64,000 bases of DNA. Origin: Thermoproteota archaeon. Lineage in GTDB: Archaea > Thermoproteota > Thermoprotei > Thermofilales > B9-G17. The position numbers and the translations under genes are program-made. Location of the stretch: NCBI GenBank assembly GCA_029258885.1, contig JAPDJW010000003.1, positions 1-64,000 on the forward strand, written 5' to 3'. Under the pieces are notes generated by a model. It was not told the origin of the DNA and searched no databases. It saw only the letters and a list, made by a program, of their open reading frames with translations. This document shows positions 17,976-26,203 of this stretch, one piece after another; position 1 is the stretch's first letter; every line of letters begins with the position of its first letter.

Positions 17976-19208
17976 ATGAACACTAAGCTGTATAATGAGT
18001 TATGGAGCCACATCGATTGTCTGAGGGATAACGTTATAAAGTATATGGTTGAGGCTTTATCGATAAACTCCGTAAATCCATCCTACGGTGGACCGGGGGA
18101 GCTGAGGAAGGCTGAATATATCTATAGCCTGCTGGAGGGTATTGATTTCGATGAGCTTGAGAGGATAGATGTACCTGATGAGAGGGCTGAGGGCGGGGTT
18201 AGGCCTAATATAATAGCTAAGATAAAAGGTAAGGATAGTGGAAGAAGCCTATGGATAATTTCACACCTCGACGTTGTCCCTCCTGGAGACTTAAGCCTTT
18301 GGAAAACAGATCCCTTTAAACCAGTAGTTACCGACGGCAAAATATATGCTAGAGGGGCCGAGGACAACGGACAGGGAATATTCTCTTCAATAACTGCCGC
18401 CCTAGCTTTAAGGGAGCTTGAGCTTACTCCAAGTATAAACTTTGCATTAGCGATAGTTTCAGATGAGGAGGCTGGAAGCACATACGGTGTAAAACATTTG
18501 CTCGATAAAGGGGTATTTAAGGAGGGCGACTTAATAGTAGTTCCAGACGCTGGGTCATCCGACGGACTGTTTGTGGAGATAGCTGAGAAAAGCATACTCT
18601 GGCTTAAAATTACAACCTATGGAAAACAGGTTCACGCTAGTACTCCCCATTTAGGGTTAAACGCCCATAGACTTGGAATGAGGATAGCATTAACTTTAGA
18701 TGAGGTTCTGCATTCAAAGTACAGTGGCATTAATCCTCTATTCGACCCGCCGATATCGACGTTCGAGCCGACGATGAAGGAGGCCAACGTTGAGAACGTT
18801 AACACAATACCTGGGGTAGACGTCGTATACTTCGACTGTAGAGTGCTGCCAGAGGTAAACTTGGATGAGGTAATTGAAACCGTAAGGAAGCTGTGTACAT
18901 CGTTTGGGGAAGCCTATGGAGGCAGAGTTGAAGTTGAAATAAAGGCTAGGTCAGATGCTCCACCGCCGACTAGTCCGGATAGCGAGGTAGTCAAGAGACT
19001 AGTAGAGGCAATAAAAATGGTTAAAGGCAAGGAGCCGAGGGTAGGTGGAATAGGTGGAGGAACAGTTGCAGCTGCATTCAGGAGAAAAGGCATGGATGCA
19101 GTCGTATGGGCTACAATAGATGAAACCGCCCACCAGCCCAACGAATACTGTAAAATAGAAAACCTACTAAGCGATGCAAAGGTATTCGCTACAATGTCAC
19201 TGCTATAA
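17976..19208 (+). CDS. M20 family metallohydrolase (ArgE/DapE-like)
   Basis: ISHLDVVP, YARGAEDNGQG, SDEEAGS, VHASTP, GGGT, AHQPNEY. Confidence 0.93.
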   Translation: MNTKLYNELWSHIDCLRDNVIKYMVEALSINSVNPSYGGPGELRKAEYIYSLLEGIDFDELERIDVPDERAEGGVRPNIIAKIKGKDSGRSLWIISHLDVVPPGDLSLWKTDPFKPVVTDGKIYARGAEDNGQGIFSSITAALALRELELTPSINFALAIVSDEEAGSTYGVKHLLDKGVFKEGDLIVVPDAGSSDGLFVEIAEKSILWLKITTYGKQVHASTPHLGLNAHRLGMRIALTLDEVLHSKYSGINPLFDPPISTFEPTMKEANVENVNTIPGVDVVYFDCRVLPEVNLDEVIETVRKLCTSFGEAYGGRVEVEIKARSDAPPPTSPDSEVVKRLVEAIKMVKGKEPRVGGIGGGTVAAAFRRKGMDAVVWATIDETAHQPNEYCKIENLLSDAKVFATMSLL

Positions 19209-19248
19209 AGAGATTAAGAAAGCCTACTCAAGGTATTTTCTATTACTT

Positions 19249-19706
19249 TTAGTTAGGCGACTTGAAGCCCCATTCAAGCAGCACAAAATTTCTTTTCAGC
19301 CTATTGATGATGGAATATATGAACAGCCCTATTCCCGGCTCCCTTCTAACTTTGTCGGTAAAATGTGTTTTATCCACGCCGCAGGTTGGCGAACCCCTAA
19401 CGCCTACTAGTGCCACCATCTCTATGCTGGAGTTCTTAAGCATATATATAGTCTCCACAACCCTATCAGCTAGATCGTCTATCCTACGAAGATACTCTCT
19501 AGACGCCATTTCGCTTCTTATCGCACCAAAATACTCGAGCTCCGGACATGGAAGTTAAATTAAACCATAGTCCAGCCTAGCTAGCGTGGAGATGAGTCCG
19601 CTTGCCCTAGCTCTATGGAGAGGGTTTAAAACAAGACCCTGAGCTCTAACATTAGTGTTTAAAATACAGTGGGATAATAAAATAACCTTTCTACTTCTAT
19701 AGGCAT
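19249..19706 (-). pseudogene. DUF523/CD3072 (TudS-related Fe-S desulfidase-like) pseudogene
   Basis: Reconstructed RSRKVILLSHCILNTNVRAQGL...DYGLI*LPCPELEYFG...GVRGSPTCGV; TAA at 19555-19557 where Q is expected; ATG at 19706 is one base out of frame. Confidence 0.78.
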
Positions 19707-19707
19707 A

Positions 19708-20994
19708 CTAGATCTGCCATTCAGCCCTATACTTAATGGATTTCGGCGCCCTAAGCGACGAGAATAGCATTTTCAGCGTACTCTGTTTACTAATGTACTC
19801 GTAGAAGTACCTCGTATAATTGGGCTTCTTAGCTGACACAAGCACTACGAGCCTCTTAACAGCCTCCTCATCCCTCATCAGAGCCTTCAACCCTACCTCC
19901 ATTACCGTCTTAGACTTATACATCGAGGAGGCTATAAGCTTACCGTATTTAAACGCATCCTCCCCAAAGGCACTCCACCACTCCTTCTCATACTCAGCTA
20001 ACACTTTTACATCGCCCGCGTTATGAGCTTTCTCTATAATATCAGCTGCAATCGATCCGCTCTCAATGGCCATGGATATCCCCTCGCCCGTAACCGGGTG
20101 AACGAAGCCTGCAGCATCGCCTACGAGGAGAGCCCTATACTCCACAGAGTACGTCTTCTTTCTAGGTACATTACTGAAGGGCACCGGCCAGGCTTTCCTA
20201 ACCTTAAACTTAGCTACGTCCCTCGGGAGAAGCCCCTCATTAATCACTCTTGAGAGAAAGTTTCTGAAGAGCTTCCGCGGAGACTTAACGTAATCCATGT
20301 TGGTGCCCATACCTATATTCAGCCTATTCCTCTTCGGGAAAACCCATCCATAGCCCGCTGGAACAGGGCCGAAGAACAGGAACACGGGTATGATCCCTAC
20401 CTCCCTCTCCCACAGCTTAAACACCTTATCCATATCATAGTCCTCCTCAAAGCCCCAGCACAACGCAAGCTGATCCGTGGATAAGGGAGCGATACCCATC
20501 TGTTCTCCAAGCTTATCCTGGGAGCCCGTAGCTACAACTATATACCTAGATTCAATTTCATCTCCATTCCTTGTAGTTGATATTATCCTATCCCCCTCCT
20601 TCCTGACCCTAACGACCTCATTGTTTTCACGTAGTTCAGCACCCTCGGAGGCAGCGATTTCAGCTAGCCTAGAGTCAAACTTGGATCTAACCACTAGATA
20701 CGAGTAAAACTTCTCCGGTGGATATTCAACGATAAGCCTTCTACCGCTGGGCGATTCGAAAACCACTCCATTTACCCTAAAATCAAAAACCTCCTTAATT
20801 TCACTACCATATATCTTAAACAGCAACTCAGCAGTCCTATCGGCAAGCCCACCGCCACAGAACTTATCCCTATTAACAGTATGTTTCTCCAACAGCAATA
20901 CCTTAAACCCCTTCCTAGATAACTGTAGAGCAGCCGTCGAACCGGCTGGACCAGCACCCACAACAACTACATCATACAAGCTCCCAACCCACAA
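19708..20994 (-). CDS. Geranylgeranyl reductase family FAD-dependent oxidoreductase
   Basis: VVVGAGPAGS, KFCGGGL, GYGWVFP, LLVGDAAGFVHPVTGEGI. Confidence 0.9.
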   Translation of the reverse strand: MWVGSLYDVVVVGAGPAGSTAALQLSRKGFKVLLLEKHTVNRDKFCGGGLADRTAELLFKIYGSEIKEVFDFRVNGVVFESPSGRRLIVEYPPEKFYSYLVVRSKFDSRLAEIAASEGAELRENNEVVRVRKEGDRIISTTRNGDEIESRYIVVATGSQDKLGEQMGIAPLSTDQLALCWGFEEDYDMDKVFKLWEREVGIIPVFLFFGPVPAGYGWVFPKRNRLNIGMGTNMDYVKSPRKLFRNFLSRVINEGLLPRDVAKFKVRKAWPVPFSNVPRKKTYSVEYRALLVGDAAGFVHPVTGEGISMAIESGSIAADIIEKAHNAGDVKVLAEYEKEWWSAFGEDAFKYGKLIASSMYKSKTVMEVGLKALMRDEEAVKRLVVLVSAKKPNYTRYFYEYISKQSTLKMLFSSLRAPKSIKYRAEWQI

Positions 20995-21180
20995 TATTTA
21001 AAGTTTTTAAACTTAAAACTCTTTGCCAGCCCAGCCAGATAACATTTAAAACCTTTACATAATATTTGGTTACAATCCATGCTTTAAATACATAGGCTAA
21101 AGATATAAAGAAATATTATGGATGAGATTTAGCAATTCCCGCTCCAGTAGTATAAATTAGTTATTAGCTTTAAGCCTGTT

Positions 21181-21849
21181 TTAATCAAGTATGTTTACGA
21201 GGTCGTACAAGCTTTTAATAACGGCGCTGGGTTTTACTTCGAATTTCGGCACGTTATCCCTAGCCAGTAGGACGGCTTTCATTCCCGCTTGAATTGGTAC
21301 AGCCACATCCATTACCGGATGATCGCCTACAACAAGTATCTTATCAGCTGTAGTGTTTAGGTATTTGGCGGCTTTCCTATACGCTAGGGGACACGATTTA
21401 TCGCATCCAAGCTCGTAGGACGTTAATATAACGTCGAAATACCTCTTTATGGGCCATATATATTCCCTGAACATGAAATATGGGATATCGCTTACTATGC
21501 CTAGAGAGAAACCAGCTTTCTTTAAAGCCTTTATTGAGGGCTTAACGTCCTCGTACAACCTATACTTTAGGTGTTTAGAGTAGTATCTAGTTAAATCATT
21601 TAGTAGATCATCGCTATAGTTTATGTTCAGCCTATAAAGCACTCTTTTCATAAAACTCCGCATACGCTTATATCCGTATCGAGGGTAATCAATGTAGGTG
21701 ACGTAATCGTACGCTGCCTTCCACATATTAACTGTAATCATCACGCCGTATTCCAGAAAAATCTCAATAATATCCTCGTAGTTGATGCATCCAATACGTG
21801 ATATCAATGTCCCCTCAACGTCAAAGTATATAGCGTTTACCTTGAGCAT
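21181..21849 (-). CDS. HAD-superfamily hydrolase
   Basis: FDVEGTL (motif I variant), IVSD, K, VVGDHPVMD. Confidence 0.85.
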   Translation of the reverse strand: MLKVNAIYFDVEGTLISRIGCINYEDIIEIFLEYGVMITVNMWKAAYDYVTYIDYPRYGYKRMRSFMKRVLYRLNINYSDDLLNDLTRYYSKHLKYRLYEDVKPSIKALKKAGFSLGIVSDIPYFMFREYIWPIKRYFDVILTSYELGCDKSCPLAYRKAAKYLNTTADKILVVGDHPVMDVAVPIQAGMKAVLLARDNVPKFEVKPSAVIKSLYDLVNILD

Positions 21850-22046
21850 AATGTTCTATTTATTAATGAATGTTATAAAAATATTATTAAATACATTTTT
21901 GAGTAAAAATGTATCAAATTTTGAGGTTTTTGCTTAAACCATTTTACATTTAACATTTCAATACCTAATAGATTGAGAAGAATACTTCTTCGATATGAAA
22001 AAACTTAAGAAAGATGGGTATTCCTCTATGAATTAGGCTGATAATC

Positions 22047-22361
22047 TTGTCCACTAGAAGGGAGAGAATTATTGATATCCTCAAGAAATCCGGAAGACCT
22101 CTAACCATAAATGAAATCGCCTATGAACTGGGATTAAATGACCCTAAGGAGATCAAACATCTATATGACGATATTATACACGCATCCCGCTCGTTGCAGA
22201 GGAGAAGTAATGGGAGATTGATGATAGTTATGGAGCCGCCGAAATGCGCTGTATGCGGCTTCACCTTCAAGGAGCTCAAGAGATTGAGAAAACCAAGCAA
22301 GTGTCCCAAGTGTAGGAGCGAGAGAATTCTTCCCCCTAGGTTTCTAATAGTTGAAACCTAA
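22047..22361 (+). CDS. HTH + Zn-ribbon transcriptional regulator (COG3357-like)
   Basis: TRRERIIDIL..RPLTINEIA, PPKCAVCGF, PSKCPKCRSE. Confidence 0.85.
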   Translation: MSTRRERIIDILKKSGRPLTINEIAYELGLNDPKEIKHLYDDIIHASRSLQRRSNGRLMIVMEPPKCAVCGFTFKELKRLRKPSKCPKCRSERILPPRFLIVET

Positions 22362-22600
22362 GAGTATGTTGAGAGGGCTATAAGTATACCCTTAGACGTT
22401 AAATAGTAGTATTTCTCCCCATTCTTATCGACGGCCTCAATGTAGTTTTGATTAACTAACTTCTCCACAATGCTCCTAAGAACGTCCTCCCTAACCCTAA
22501 GGCTCGCTAGGAGGTTGCTGAAAGATATAGCCTTCTCAGGCCTTATAGCACCAATATTATTAAGAGTCGTTAAAACGGTTATCTCATTCGGATGGTTCAA
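22358..22600 (-). CDS. Small winged-helix protein
   Basis: IVEKLVNQNYIE...YYLTSKG wing motif; coupled to the upstream GT4 gene. Confidence 0.7.
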   Translation of the reverse strand: MNHPNEITVLTTLNNIGAIRPEKAISFSNLLASLRVREDVLRSIVEKLVNQNYIEAVDKNGEKYYYLTSKGILIALSTYS

Positions 22601-23775
22601 ACGCCTTCACCCAAAACTCTCCTATAAATCTTAATCGTCTCCCTCGCTATACTATCCCAGCTATACTTACTAGCGACTTTATTAAAAGCATTACGTCTAA
22701 TATAGTTTGCGAACCCAGGATCCGATAAAACCCTATCTATACCCCAGGCTATAGAATCAGGATTCGCCGGATAAACCCATACACCATCCTTCTCATGCTC
22801 AACTATCTCCCTTAAACCACCGACGCTACTTACAACTACTGGTATTCCAGCGGCCATGCCCTCTAGGGCAGTTATCCCGAAAGGTTCATAAACTGAGGGA
22901 ATAACCATAACGTCGCCGCTCTTAAGTATCTCAACAACCTCTCTGTCACCTATAAACCCCGTAAATATAACCTTATCCCTAACGCCTAGGCTCCACGCTA
23001 TCGATTCAAGCTCCCCCCTCATCCATCCATCACCAATTATTATCAGCCTAGCGTTAGGATACTTATGGAGAATCTTAGCGAAGGCTGGAATAAGGTGCTG
23101 AAACCCCTTCTGGCTAGTCAACCTACCCAAGGCAACAATAAGCGGAGCATCCAGCGGTATCCCCCACTTCATCCTCACAGAGTTCCTATCAATGTTAACC
23201 TTAAACCTATCCAAATCAATACCATTCGGAAGAGCATACACCTTCCACTCAGGCACCTTAAAGTGGTTAATAATCTCCCACCTAAGAGAGCTACTCACAG
23301 CTATAACCGCGGAGGCCTCATAGGTACCCCACCACTCAATCGAATCCTTAGTATATGCATCCGGGTTATCCAGCGTCGTACTCCTACCAATCTCAGTACT
23401 ATGCATAGTCAACACAAGCCTCCTATCCATAATGTGTTTCAGCGCTATTCCAGCGGGCGTAGTAAGCCAGTCGTGAACATGAATAATATCAAAGCTACAC
23501 CCGGACTGAAGAAGCATACCAACCTGCTTCTCCATAAAATGGTTAAAAATAAACACCCAAGTGAGAAAGTTAGGATTACCTATCTCAACCCTAACCCTAT
23601 ACACCTTAACCCCATCAACCTCCTCATAACCCTTAGCACCAGGAAACTCCAGAGTAATTACGTGCACGTCTACGCCAGCCCTAGCTAAAGCCCTACTCAA
23701 ACCCATACAGTGCCTACTAATACCACCTACAATCCTCGGAGGATACTCCCACGTCAACATAGCGACGCTAAGCAA
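22597..23775 (-). CDS. Glycosyltransferase family 4
   Basis: WEYPPRIVGG, IHVHDW, PNGID, GRLTSQKG, PSVYEPFGITALEGMAAG. Confidence 0.95.
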   Translation of the reverse strand: MLSVAMLTWEYPPRIVGGISRHCMGLSRALARAGVDVHVITLEFPGAKGYEEVDGVKVYRVRVEIGNPNFLTWVFIFNHFMEKQVGMLLQSGCSFDIIHVHDWLTTPAGIALKHIMDRRLVLTMHSTEIGRSTTLDNPDAYTKDSIEWWGTYEASAVIAVSSSLRWEIINHFKVPEWKVYALPNGIDLDRFKVNIDRNSVRMKWGIPLDAPLIVALGRLTSQKGFQHLIPAFAKILHKYPNARLIIIGDGWMRGELESIAWSLGVRDKVIFTGFIGDREVVEILKSGDVMVIPSVYEPFGITALEGMAAGIPVVVSSVGGLREIVEHEKDGVWVYPANPDSIAWGIDRVLSDPGFANYIRRNAFNKVASKYSWDSIARETIKIYRRVLGEGV

Positions 23776-23824
23776 ACCCTAACACCACGCCTCAAAGTAT
23801 CATTAAAATAATATTAATATAAAA

Positions 23825-24274
23825 TTGTTTAGAATAAATGAGCAAACAATTTTGAAGATATCCATGAAGAGACCCGAAATATATCTTAAGATAAGGGAGG
23901 TAATCGAAGACCTAAACTACAGCGCAGGCAGTGTAATAGTTGAGGGTAGACACGACGAACTAGTCCTAAGAAGCTACGGCTACAGCGGAAAAATATTCAG
24001 ATTCTCAGACTCACGCATGAACATCCTGGAATTCACGGAAATGGTAGCGGAGAAATGCATCGAGCCAGTAGCAATCCTAACAGACTTCGACGAAGAGGGA
24101 GACAGAATTTACAAGAGGATAAAATCCGAGCTCCAAGCACTCGGAATAAAAATACTCGACAGCCCAAGAAACGAACTCTACAAAATAGCTAGTAGCCATG
24201 GAGTACATACAATAGAGGGACTAGCCCACTTCAAACCATCATTATTCCAAACCAGCAACAAGCCCAAGAAATAA
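23825..24274 (+). CDS. Small stand-alone TOPRIM-domain protein; probable start ATG 23864
   Basis: IVEGRHD and ILTDFDEEG TOPRIM motifs. Confidence 0.85.
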   Translation: MFRINEQTILKISMKRPEIYLKIREVIEDLNYSAGSVIVEGRHDELVLRSYGYSGKIFRFSDSRMNILEFTEMVAEKCIEPVAILTDFDEEGDRIYKRIKSELQALGIKILDSPRNELYKIASSHGVHTIEGLAHFKPSLFQTSNKPKK

Positions 24275-24509
24275 CTCAAATAAATTAAAGCGTCCCATTG
24301 CACATCGAGAACAAATATAAAACGCATAACATTTACTTCAATCACAGCTAAGAAAACTACGAAGAATCGATTGAGCTTTTGGCAAATTAATGGCTTACAT
24401 TATCCAATACCCTTTACATACGATTTAATTATCTTTTCACGGAAACACCTACAATACATTTACAAGATATTCTAGAGCTAAATACATTAATAGTTTATCT
24501 GCTACATTA

Positions 24510-24782
24510 GTGTTGATGGCTAAATACGTTATTAGGATTGTTATTCCTAAGAGGGATTATGGCAGGATTAAATGGCTTATAGAGGAGCTTAACGGAAGGG
24601 GGATTAGGCCTGTTAAGTCGAGTTCAACCATGCTTTTCGAGAATAGGAGGGATCTTGATGTTCTTGAGGCAGTATACGTGCTTGAGCTGGATATTGAGGA
24701 GAAGAAGAGGTTGAGCAAGAGGCTTGCCTCCAGTTTATCTAAGTCGCTCGGCTTCTTCCTAATATATAAATTTAAGGATTAA
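24510..24782 (+). CDS. Hypothetical protein
   Basis: 90-aa ORF preceded by a TTTA box, with normal codon usage. Confidence 0.55.
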   Translation: MLMAKYVIRIVIPKRDYGRIKWLIEELNGRGIRPVKSSSTMLFENRRDLDVLEAVYVLELDIEEKKRLSKRLASSLSKSLGFFLIYKFKD

Positions 24783-24930
24783 TTCATATTACGAATCTTA
24801 TCTTCACCCATTTAATTATAAAGAAAATTCTCAAAGAAATTAGGATTTCCTATTACCCGTTCACATCAGTTACGGGGAAGTAATCATTCCGAACTACCTA
24901 CAGAAAGTAGTAGCCATTAAGCTCTCTTAA

Positions 24931-24952
24931 ATTGTTTACTACAGTAAACAAT
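24931..24952. promoter_or_regulatory. Perfect palindrome ATTGTTTACT-AC-AGTAAACAAT adjacent to a TTATATAAA box
   Basis: 10-bp arms with a 2-nt spacer in a 500-nt gap lacking any ORF of 60 aa or more. Confidence 0.5.
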
Positions 24953-25270
24953 ATTATATAAAGACTTATTTCCTTAAGGAGAATAAAGTAAACATTTCAC
25001 ACAGAGATGAGGACTAGAGAATTTCAGAATGGCAATATGGCTAGGGAAATGGCGAAACGTAAATCGCCGAGATAGCCAAGGAAAAACCAGTATACCTTCT
25101 ACTGAAGGTATAAGGCTAGTATTTTAGGATCTGTTTCAAAAGTCTTAGAGAAAGGCCGTTTTCCGCTGAATTTAAAGCTACCGTGCGTCTATTCGCTTTG
25201 AAATGTCTCTTTATAGGAGCAGAAGAGCTCTGGCTATATTGCGAGAGACTGTCTATCATAAGGATATATT

Positions 25271-25286
25271 TATATACTGGTATATA
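25271..25286 (+). promoter_or_regulatory. Palindrome TATATAC-TG-GTATATA overlapping the TATA box; candidate autoregulatory operator
   Basis: 7-bp arms, 11 nt upstream of the ATG at 25298. Confidence 0.45.
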
Positions 25287-25297
25287 TTTGGTATATT

Positions 25298-25687
25298 ATG
25301 GGTAAAGGTTTCTATTTGAAGAACCTAGATGTAGAAGCTTATAGAGCTATTAAAGCTATAGCGGCGAGAAGGGGCGTACCTGTGTATAAAGTTATTAACG
25401 AGGCTCTAGCATTATATGTTAATTTATACGATAGTTTAGCGGCTGAAACTGAGGAGGAGGCCAATAATAGGGTTTATGAATCATTAATGGGTGATCCACG
25501 TTATAAAGGTAAATGGGTTGCAATAGCTAAGGGCAAGCTGATTGCTGTCACTGAATCCTGGGATGAGGCAGTTAAAGCCTTAAGGAGGTTCCTACTTCGC
25601 GAGAAGACATCTCACGGAATAGTTTCTAGAGTAAGTGAGGAAGTAGAGGAGGTTGAAATTCTTGGAAGCTCACTGGAAATGCTTTAG
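25298..25687 (+). CDS. RHH-like N-terminus + DUF5678-like domain protein (putative antitoxin)
   Basis: FYLKNLDVEAYRAIKAIAARRGVPVYKVINEAL (RHH-like); YKGKWVAIAKGKLIAVTESWDEA (DUF5678-like). Confidence 0.65.
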   Translation: MGKGFYLKNLDVEAYRAIKAIAARRGVPVYKVINEALALYVNLYDSLAAETEEEANNRVYESLMGDPRYKGKWVAIAKGKLIAVTESWDEAVKALRRFLLREKTSHGIVSRVSEEVEEVEILGSSLEML

Positions 25688-26057
25688 ATATAAGGATTTT
25701 TATTTAGTTAAAGGTGACATCTACTCGCCTATTTTAGATAAATGGTCTGAGGTTGACTTTATACTTGATACAGGCTTCAGGGGGGACGTGTTTTTAGAGA
25801 GAAGGCTCTACGATGATCTTAAACTTAACTTAATAGAGTTACCTACTAGGCTAGCTCCGATAGCCAGAACTATGTCCGGTGCAATTCCTCTAAGAGTAGC
25901 GGCTACCAAGCTTAAGGTAGCTAACTATACTTTTCATGTTAAAATATATACCCCGCAATACGGCCATGGAAAAAACCTTATTGGCAGAGGAGTTGCTAAT
26001 AGGCTTATTCTACTTCTTGAGAAAGACCGCAAGACATGTATAAAACTGGAGGTTTAA
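25653..26057 (+). CDS. Clan AA (retropepsin-like) aspartic protease
   Basis: FILDTGFRGD catalytic motif and C-terminal NLIGRG motif; overlaps the upstream gene. Confidence 0.8.
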   Translation: MKFLEAHWKCFRYKDFYLVKGDIYSPILDKWSEVDFILDTGFRGDVFLERRLYDDLKLNLIELPTRLAPIARTMSGAIPLRVAATKLKVANYTFHVKIYTPQYGHGKNLIGRGVANRLILLLEKDRKTCIKLEV

Positions 26058-26203
26058 TATTGGGAGCTAACCTCCAGTTTCGGCTAAAATATAGAGTAGC
26101 TTTTCCAATTGCTTAATGCCCTAATTATACTGGATCAGGGTCTTGAGGGGTCTCGGGTATTTAATTATATATAGCTTATATCATAGAATAGGTTGGTGTC
26201 TCC

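Noticed and set aside
19174-19558. Plus-strand ORFs 19174-19410 and 19262-19558
   Set aside because: Antisense to the DUF523-like pseudogene, which has the conserved motifs.
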